NCBI GenBank assembly: GCA_030141605.1
Contig: JAQGDQ010001369.1
Coordinates: 1 to 17,244, forward strand
Direction of reading: 5' to 3'
Source: Tubiluchus corallicola
Taxonomy: Eukaryota; Animalia; Priapulida
Length of the DNA stretch: 17,244 nt
Positions 9,951 to 17,244 of the stretch are shown piece after piece. The position numbers and the translations under genes were made by a program. The first letter of the stretch is position 1, and every line of letters begins with the position of its first letter. Under the pieces are notes generated by a model. The model saw nothing but the letters and a program-made list of their open reading frames with translations, was not told the DNA's origin and did not search any database.

Positions 9951-10220
9951 TGTGACGCCGGGTTTTACTTGTCGGTTTACTGTTCTTTATTTAAATCAGA
10001 TTTACTTCAACAATTCCCAAACTAGTACTCCTAGCCGAGCGGTGAGGTAGTAGTACACACATGTTAGTAGTTTAGAAACTGAATCAGTTTCTCATAGGTA
10101 CCTCTACGGGGCGTACCTTGAGGCAAAAGATGTGGGTTCGAATCACGAGTGGGATCTTAAGTGTCGGTGTTGAGTTGCTGTTATTGTGTTTAGCTAACAA
10201 AGTGTGAACTATTCATAACA
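9951..10220 (+). mobile_element. tRNA-like A/B-box element (SINE, Pol III RNA or solo-LTR-like)
   Basis: A-box TAGCCGAGCGG 10032..10042, B-box GGTTCGAATC 10135..10144. Hairpins at 10074..10092 and 10096..10118. Bounded by TGTGACG...CATAACA and followed by TTTTT (10221..10225). Confidence 0.5.
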
Positions 10221-10690
10221 TTTTTACTATTTAAATACTTCTTAAACGTTCACAAAAAAAACGCACTCCAAGATACATATTTTTGTGTATAAAGAACGAT
10301 CAAAATTTAATGAACAAATTTGTGATGGTGAAAAGATAATTTTCAAAATCAATCAGGGTGCTAAAAAGTGGTAAAAAATAAAGTTTTTGTTTTAAATATA
10401 GGGGACTAAAGTTGGCTTCAATTATCAGTTTAGCTAAAACAGAGGCACTGCCTATATTGTTACATTCGGCTTCTTGCTGGCTTTATAAAAAGTAAACACC
10501 TTCGATGATCTTTTGTACGACATGATAAAAACAGCCACAGGGGTATCTTGCAATCTAGCTAAAAAGGAACTAGAACTAATATGCGCCCCCTTGATATACA
10601 ATATTCAGCATAAACTCTTGATGAAAGTTCTAGGTCAGCAAGAAAACGATTCAGCCAGGTATGAGGTACAGAAGACTTGCACTTTGTTAA

Positions 10691-11141
10691 CCCTTTCATA
10701 CCCGTTGTATCCCATGGGATACGAGAATATTCTCTGCCTTTAAAATTAATAAAATTTTAAAACTGAGAGTTATTTGATCTTTTAATAGTTATTTTGATTT
10801 AAGCCAATAACAATAGACTAAAAATAGTGATAAAATGGCAAACTAGAAAATCTACATAACATAAAAAACTGCGCAAGGTACAGTACTTTAGAGACGACTT
10901 TGTACAGATCAGCATAGCGTGCGTACTAAATGTCTTAGATGCTTTAAAAAATTATCAGCATTTGCTTTTTATCATGTTTAGCAACCATTGAATCCCAATG
11001 TATCCCGTGGGATACAGGCTATATTTAGAACACGGGCACAGGTAGAAAAATAATTATTATGTGTAAACAGGATGGACATACTGAACAAAAGTAGCAAGCC
11101 AAAAAAATTTTTCTTATTAAAAAAAATTGGGACTGAAAGGG
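10691..11141 (+). mobile_element. piggyBac-type MITE, 451 bp, independent insertion
   Basis: TTAA 10687..10690 and 11142..11145; same TIRs and palindromes. Removing it plus one TTAA rejoins the LINE frame (...KTCTLL|ISTQTT...). Confidence 0.92.
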
Positions 11142-12035
11142 TTAATTAGCACCCAAACCACCAACCAATTCATAGCAAACCATATTGTAAAAGCCAAATC
11201 ATTTTTAAAAATCTCTAAAAATATAGAAATTCTCCGTTGTCAAAAATTGTTTGAGACCTATGTTAACCTATTAAACGTCAAATATACCAAGTCAGAAATT
11301 AACAAATTTGTTGAAACTTTGTGGCATAGAAAATTATAGTATGGTTGTCAATTAACTGGTCTGCCTCCTGAAGCCGTCGCAAGAGTTAACATTCAAATTG
11401 TACAGGGGCAGATGGGCGAGACGGCCAACGGAAAATAGGTTATGTCCTTGTGGGGACATTCAAACTGAGAAACACGTTGTACAGACACGCCCCCTAACAT
11501 TAAATATTAGAAACCGCTACGACAATGTAAACTTTGCCTAAATGATTTAACTCACTTATTTGAGAACACTAATTGTTATATAATATGTTATGAAATTTTG
11601 CAACTTTTATGCTGATGTACCTTCTATGCATAACACTGTTTTTAATGCTATAACCTTGAGTAGGAAATGTACGTAAAGTGACATTTGGACTAAAATCACT
11701 GATGTATCAATTGTGGCATTTACCTCGTTCCTCGTGTATACTTATAACTTGTTTTAGTCAATAAATTAAATACATACATACATACATTGACATTATATGC
11801 GAATTAAGCAAAATTTATATAAATATAAAAATATAATACCACAAGTTATCACTTGAGAATACTGTAGTTAATTTTGTGTATGTGATATATGTATAATTAT
11901 AGCAGTTTATTTGTTTATTTACGTATGTACTAATATAATTATAATATTGTACACTTTATTTATTAGCTTAAAACACAAATATACTTTATTAAATTTATTT
12001 TTAGTCAAGTATATTATATATATATATATATATAT

Positions 12036-12095
12036 GTCAAGAACAAAAGTGGTCCCGAAATTGACCCTTGTGGCACACCATTGGTAATATTTCTT
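12036..12095 (-). mobile_element. LINE reverse transcriptase fragment
   Basis: Minus strand reads RNITNGVPQGSISGPLLFL (RT GVPQGS motif, CR1/L2-like); runs into (TA)n at 12015..12035. Confidence 0.8.
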
Positions 12096-12154
12096 CAGAA
12101 GAGAAACAACCAATATAATTATTTAATAATTATTTAATATATATATATATATAT

Positions 12155-13963
12155 ACAAGAAAGATCACAAACTCAATGTGCTTTGATTTTACTTCGGTAA
12201 TCTACTATATGTATGATGAACAGTAAACTTAAATTTTTATTTTGGAAAAAATAGAAATGGCTAATTTACTTACTAGCTGGTGTTACAAAATTTTTAGGGG
12301 TGGGTGGTTGTATATATATATATATATGTGTATGTATACGTGTATACATACTTATAAATTTAATGTATTTAATGCTAACCAAATATATCGTTTACCAAAT
12401 GTATACTATTGTCGATATGCTAGTAACTCTAATAATTGTAGCTATATTTATTTTATTATTCACTTTATGTATTTATATGTAAACAAATCACTAAACCTAC
12501 TTCTGCAAATACAGAATAAATCAGATTTATTATTATCATCATATGCATATTTCGTATTAGCAGTTATGTAACGACTGATTGAATTCATTTGTGTTAATTT
12601 TCTATGGTAGAAAGTAAAACCACACAAATTTCATTATATTATAACATAAACACAGTAAATTGCTTACTGTTTCTTTCCACTTTTTATCAGACCGTATAGA
12701 ATTCTCGTCAATTTACAAAATCGATAAAATTTGCAAACCTCTACAGACCAAACTTATAAAAACAAGAAAATATTAAACTATTAACCTTTCATATTATGAT
12801 GTTGTTTTTGGCATCACAGCGTGTTCCACTAAGTTTACAAAAATTAATTATTATACTGCAAAAATCAATTTTTTATTATAGGCATTTAAAGAACATTTAT
12901 AGTTAAAACACCATAACTTTATTAAAACTTTTAATTTACAATATAAATCATATGTGCAAGAAAAACGTTTGACATGATTTTTAACTATGTGAATTAAAAG
13001 TTTTAAGCCTTTCAGTCCCAGATTATTTTTTCATAAGAAAAATTTTTTTGGCTCGGTACTTTTGTTCAGTATATCCATCTTGTTTACACATAATAATTAT
13101 TTTTTTCTACCTGTGCCAGCGTGCTAAATACAGCCTGTATCCCACGGGATACAGTGAGATTCAATGGAAGCATAAAATGGGCTTTATTTTGCAACTGCTG
13201 ATAATTTTTTAAAGTATTTAAGACATTTAGTATGCATGCTATGCTGATCTGTACAAAGTCGTCTCTAAAGTACTGTACCTTGCGCAGTTTTTTGTGCTAT
13301 GTAGATTTTCTAGTTTGCCATTTTATCACCATTTTTAGTCTATTGTTATTGGCTTAAATCAAAACAACTATTAACAGAGCAAATAACTGTCAGTTTTAAA
13401 ATTTTATTAATTTTAAAGGCAGAAAATATTCTCGTATCCCAATATACGACGTGTATGAAAGAGTTAATAAAGATTTGATGTCTTAACTGTAATTAGTTGG
13501 TATTGCTCTTTTCAACCCTCTGTAACCAGTATTTCCAATTATTTAGCAGTTAATTTCGGTTTGTTTTATTTCTTATTCATAAGTGCTGAAGCCAAAATAT
13601 AATTTTGATGCTTACTATAAAAAAAAATCAAGACTTATTTTTCTCTACATGGTTAATAAATAATAGGTCAGTAGATTTATTTTTTCAGAGAAGAAGCTTA
13701 AGACCAAGGTAGAATTATTAAAAAACCAGACCCTTTTTCGTCTGGTGAGCAGAGGGCGTTCCGAAATTATGTAGCCAACTTAACAGTTTTTTGGTCATTT
13801 TTGTACCTTTCTTACCGTTTCAAGAACATTTCAAGCCATCCAGAATTTTGCAACGATCACCAATCCATCACCCGTAAAAATTATGTAACACCAGCTAGTA
13901 AGTCAATTAGCCATTTCTATTTTTTGCAAAATAAAATTTAATTGAATTTGCGATCTTTCTTGT
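12155..13963. repeat. Diverged inverted repeat pair 12155..12310 / 13861..13963
   Basis: ACAAGAAAGATC.CAAA and AAAAAATAGAAATGGCTAATT.ACTTACTAGCTGGTGTTACA occur on + at left and on - at right. The left copy has ~50 extra bases. Confidence 0.7.
13007..13463 (-). mobile_element. piggyBac-type MITE with mutated termini, third independent insertion
   Basis: TTAA 13003..13006 and 13464..13467. Ends GCCTTTCAGTCCC / GTGTATGAAAGAG. Body aligns with 9301..9755; one palindrome is partly deleted (~13434..13447). Confidence 0.88.
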
Positions 13964-14429
13964 TTGGATATGCCAGAAACCATAATTACCTTAATTTCCA
14001 CTATTATTCCTTTAAACTGGCATGTAATAAAAGCTTATTGGAGAAGTTTTGCTTTCTCTACAAAAAGTACTTTACTCTAAAAAGTTGAAGAAGTTAGTTT
14101 TAGTTCTTTCATGTTTAATATTATAATTAATATAAATGTGATAATATAAATAAATTAATATATACTATTAATATTATTGTAATGTGAAATAAATTAATAA
14201 ATATTGAATTTTAAAGAAGTTTACCATGGACAGTCATTCCACAGAGCTTGCACTGAGACTGACCAAAGGCATAGTTGGTTACAGCAGAATAGAGCAACTG
14301 GTCATCATAGATTTTTTAGATTTACTAGATTTATTTTGCAGTAAATATATACATTTACATTACATGTGCATCGATAATCAGTTTTTGTTAATACAAAAAT
14401 ATGATACAATTCATGAATTCTGCGCTAGA

Positions 14430-14800
14430 GACCTAAGAAGCTAGCTTATGGTAGGCCACTAGAATTAGTTACGAAAAAAATTACAATATATACAGATACA
14501 ATATTACAATATATACAAATATGAATACGGGTGGGAAGTAATAAAAATATTATTATACTAGAGGGAAGTTTTTGAAAATGAAAAACAACAAATCATGATT
14601 GAGTGATCAGTTATATGTTTCAAGTAAGTTTAATTTATAATTTTTTTTAAATATGGAAAGCGAGTTGGCATTTTTAATAGCTGGAGCAATTGAATTCCAT
14701 ATGTAAGGGCCATTGTATTTAATAAAAAATTTTCTAACATTTGTGTTGCACTGTATGTAGTGATAATTAAGTCTATAACGTGTGCCGTAATTATGTATCT
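14430..14800 (-). mobile_element. CR1/L2-type LINE 3' end
   Basis: Minus strand reads IHNYGTRYRLNYHYIQCNTNVRKFFIKYNGPYIWNSIAPAIKNANSLSIFKKKL, the typical H.Y.TR...G...WN.I...FKK.L terminus, then a UTR. Ends approximate. Confidence 0.8.
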
Positions 14801-14913
14801 CACGTAATTATGTATTTATGTATTAATGTAAAAGCATCGTCAGGTATCGCATGTTTAGTAGCAAGTTTATTTCACGTGGAACAGAAATTAATTAGCCACC
14901 ACGTTTACCACAA

Positions 14914-15088
14914 TTTGTTAAGGAACGAATGTACATGAATAAACCCTAAACACATCAAGAGCTAAAGAATAAAATTTGACAAGAAGCCAAAGTTTAGGAA
15001 GCTGAAACTTTATTATCTGTTATGTAGCCTGAATATATGAGCACGAAAATGGTGATCATTTAGGAAAAATATTATATTCCACGATTAG
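14914..15088 (+). mobile_element. Tc1/mariner-type transposase C-terminal relic
   Basis: FVKERMYMNKP*THQELKNKI*QEAKV*EAETLLSVM*, then after a frameshift EHENGDHL...IIFH. Resembles the K..VY.NKP.T..ELK..I...NG.HL..IIF tail; multiple stops. Confidence 0.65.
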
Positions 15089-15119
15089 TTCAAAATAATA
15101 TTTTAGGAATAACACAAAA

Positions 15120-15610
15120 CATAGCCTATTTAACTTGACTTTAACTTAACATTTGCTTGACTTTTCTGGCTTGGCCTTGTCAGAATCATGGATTAACGAA
15201 TGAACTAGTATAATTTTTTGAAATATCTGGTTATAGGTTATTATTAAAAAACAGGATTGAAAAGGGGGTAGCCTTATTTATAAAGAAAAATGATCTTTTG
15301 CAAATGGAAAGAACTTCTCGTCAGTGATACAGACGTGGAATAATTTTCTCAAGTTAAAATTAAAAAAAGGCAAAAACATTGTGGTAGGATCTATATACAG
15401 ACTTCCAGTTAATTTTAGAAAAAAATTATAAATTAATTATCAAAATTAATGCTATCTGCAAATAAAAATAAATTTTGCTAGGCGATTTTAATCTACTTAT
15501 TTTAAAAATTACAGTCAGCCTGAAACTGGACGCTTTTTTGGAATCAATATTAGGTTCTACTTGTATCAGAAATTAATTTGCCACTCCTTTTGACAATATT
15601 ATTGACAATT
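15120..15610 (+). mobile_element. LINE ORF2 apurinic-type endonuclease (APE) relic
   Basis: Motifs in order: LALSESWI, ISGY, GVALFIK, IVVGSIYRLP, ILLGDFN (~15472..15492); frameshifted. Confidence 0.8.
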
Positions 15611-15611
15611 T

Positions 15612-15860
15612 GGAAAAATCAAAATGTATTCTATTTAGAAAACACCAGCAATGCAATATCCCTAGGATTATTATTAGATTAAAATGTTATATAAAGTTGT
15701 TCACTTAGGGCATTGTCTTAACTACTATTTAGATCAAAATAGTGACATTTTGCATTGTAAGCAAGACTTTATTAAATTTGTAAATTCAATGATGTGGTAC
15801 TCTAAGACTATTTCTGATAAGTATAGCAAAAATTGTTCTTTTCGTATTGCTTTACATTTT
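15612..15860 (+). mobile_element. LINE RT C-terminal (thumb) relic
   Basis: KSKCILFRK followed by KVVHLGHCLNYYLDQNSDILHCKQDFIKFVNSMM, like the KS..I.F / K.LG..L motifs downstream of the RT core. Confidence 0.6.
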
Positions 15861-16136
15861 GTGGTAGTAGTATTTTCTGCCTAACTAATAGTGAAATTCC
15901 TTTGTCACTGAACATTCTGAATGATCTTTCAAGTATGACAACACTAGGAGAAAATAGAATTTTTTGTGACAGCAAAGAAATGAATTTAAATTATGTCGTA
16001 AAAGGAAAACTAAGTTACGAAATCTATTGGTCTTGTCAACGTGAATTAATTATTGAAGGTTTCACTCGAAATTAACTGAAAGAGATGCTTTTATATTTGC
16101 TAACTAACTAATTCAAAATTGTACACATTGTATTGT

Positions 16137-16359
16137 TTTTTGTTTATATTTCTATTGTCACTAATTGTCTATATCCACCTCTGTATTGTGTATTGCATTA
16201 ATTTGCAGAATGAATGACATATTTATATTTCCATTGTTACTAGTTATCTATATAAATATGAATATTAATAAATATACATCATTTATGTCGCAAATTAACG
16301 CAATACACATTACACAGGTGGATACAGATAATTAGTAATGATAGAAATACGTACAAAAA
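16137..16359. repeat. Imperfect foldback hairpin, ~90-bp arms
   Basis: 16137..16226 (TATTTCTATTGTCACTAATTGTCTATATCCACCTCTGTATTGTGTATTGCATTAATTTGC) aligns to the rc of 16268..16359 (TATTTCTATCATTACTAATTATCTGTATCCACCTGTGTAATGTGTATTGCGTTAATTTGC). Confidence 0.85.
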
Positions 16360-16642
16360 TAATGCTTCCTTTTTGTCAGCTCCTTTAGCTCTTATTACAA
16401 ACTTATCATTCGAAAATGTATGTATTCCTAATGTGTTAAACGAGTCTGTACTTGCTTCTTTATTTAAAAATAGAATCCCATGGAGTTGGCGATTTGCACA
16501 TCCATCTCCCTCCTGCCATTTTTTAAAAATTTTTGAAAATGGCTTTTACATTCAGTCGTCAGATCACCTGGACGATATTTATATTTGAAATTTTATTGAA
16601 CCAGATTTATGAATATATTATATATACATATTTTAGCCCTAC

Positions 16643-16692
16643 GTATATATATATATATATACATATATGAATACAAATATGAATATATATAT
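16643..16692. repeat. (TA)n microsatellite; others at ~5133, 5707, 5927, 12015, 12137, 12311
   Basis: Directly visible dinucleotide runs. Confidence 0.85.
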
Positions 16693-17244
16693 ATTCATAA
16701 ATATGATTCTATAAAACTTCAAATCAGGAAATATAATCTCAGATATAACAGATCATTTACCTGTTTTTCTTATGATAGATCTAGAAATATCAAAATAGAA
16801 ATAACTCAAAAATTTCAGAAAGTGCATATTAAACTTGCACTGCAGAAATAATTTAATAACCGAGCTAGCGTCAGTTCATTGGGACAGCTATTGCTATGTA
16901 ACAATCTCAGTCTATCATATGAAATATTTTTTAATAAATTACACGGCATTTATATTATTAAATACGTCAACGAAAAAAATAATAAATTAAGTTCCATAAA
17001 AAACTATAATATCACTAGCCATAATTACAGCACAAAATAAAAAAAATATTTTATACAAACAGTTAATGAAGCAGTGTACAGACATATCATGGGAAAATAT
17101 AAAAAATAGATAGAAACAAATCAAATGAACTAATTAAAACTGCAAAACAAAATTACTACCTAAATAACTTTGATAATTATAAATCTGATATTAGAAAAAC
17201 TTGGAGTACAATGAAAAAACTCGTGCATAAAAACAGAAAATTAG

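Larger units (their letters stand above)
6417..10782. repeat. Right arm of giant inverted repeat
   Basis: Starts CTGTTTGGAGGTTTT (rc of 4331..4345) and matches the left arm to window position 1. Scattered SNPs and small indels distinguish the arms. The true outer end cannot be seen. Confidence 0.97.
8400..11339 (+). mobile_element. Decayed non-LTR retrotransposon ORF2 with nested insertions
   Basis: Colinear motifs: MAELTQAIK...NGCHPLM...VWPWQNAKVVF, NYRPITI, QEGFRQG, FSKAFNSV, QGLVVSPNLF, YADD (9151..9162), WRLNIN, [MITE], NKTGFIL, [A/B-box element], GLKLASIISLAK...PILLHSASCW, MIKTATG...LELICAPL, [MITE], ...INKFVETLW. Clade not assignable; ends approximate. Confidence 0.85.

Noticed and set aside
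10020-10160. Functional tRNA gene
   Set aside because: T-stem and acceptor stem are incomplete, the A-B spacing is long and no canonical anticodon arm is present.
11403-11495. Tiny MITE with AGGGGC...GCCCCT ends
   Set aside because: Only a 6-bp inverted match and no TSD.
12242-12571. ORFs rich in YIYI (also 4981, 5908, 11919, 16609)
   Set aside because: They are translations of (TA)n microsatellites and AT-rich low-complexity DNA.

Overview
AT-rich animal (metazoan-type) genomic DNA, not prokaryotic. The left two-thirds is a giant palindrome: arm 1..4345 (running off the left edge) is the near-perfect reverse complement of 6417..10782, around a unique 2.07-kb spacer (4346..6416). A spliced Q50 PRD-class homeobox gene, absent from the ORF track, spans it. 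Homeodomain residues up to Q46 are encoded at ~2601..2735 (+), followed by the typical phase-0 PRD intron, which holds an 11-hairpin, 137-bp satellite. The helix-3 exon (VWFQNRRAR...) is at 6189..6373/6377 in the spacer. The right arm carries an identical, convergent copy of the helix-1/2 exon (8032..8166, -) for which I find no helix-3 exon. The arms also contain a decayed non-LTR retrotransposon ORF2 interrupted by TTAA-flanked piggyBac-type MITEs and by a structured tRNA-like A/B-box element. The right third is mostly TE debris (CR1/L2-type LINE pieces, a Tc1/mariner fragment, a third MITE insertion), plus a ~220-bp foldback hairpin and (TA)n runs. All alignments and difference counts were done by eye. 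A haplotype/foldback assembly artefact cannot be excluded for the palindrome.
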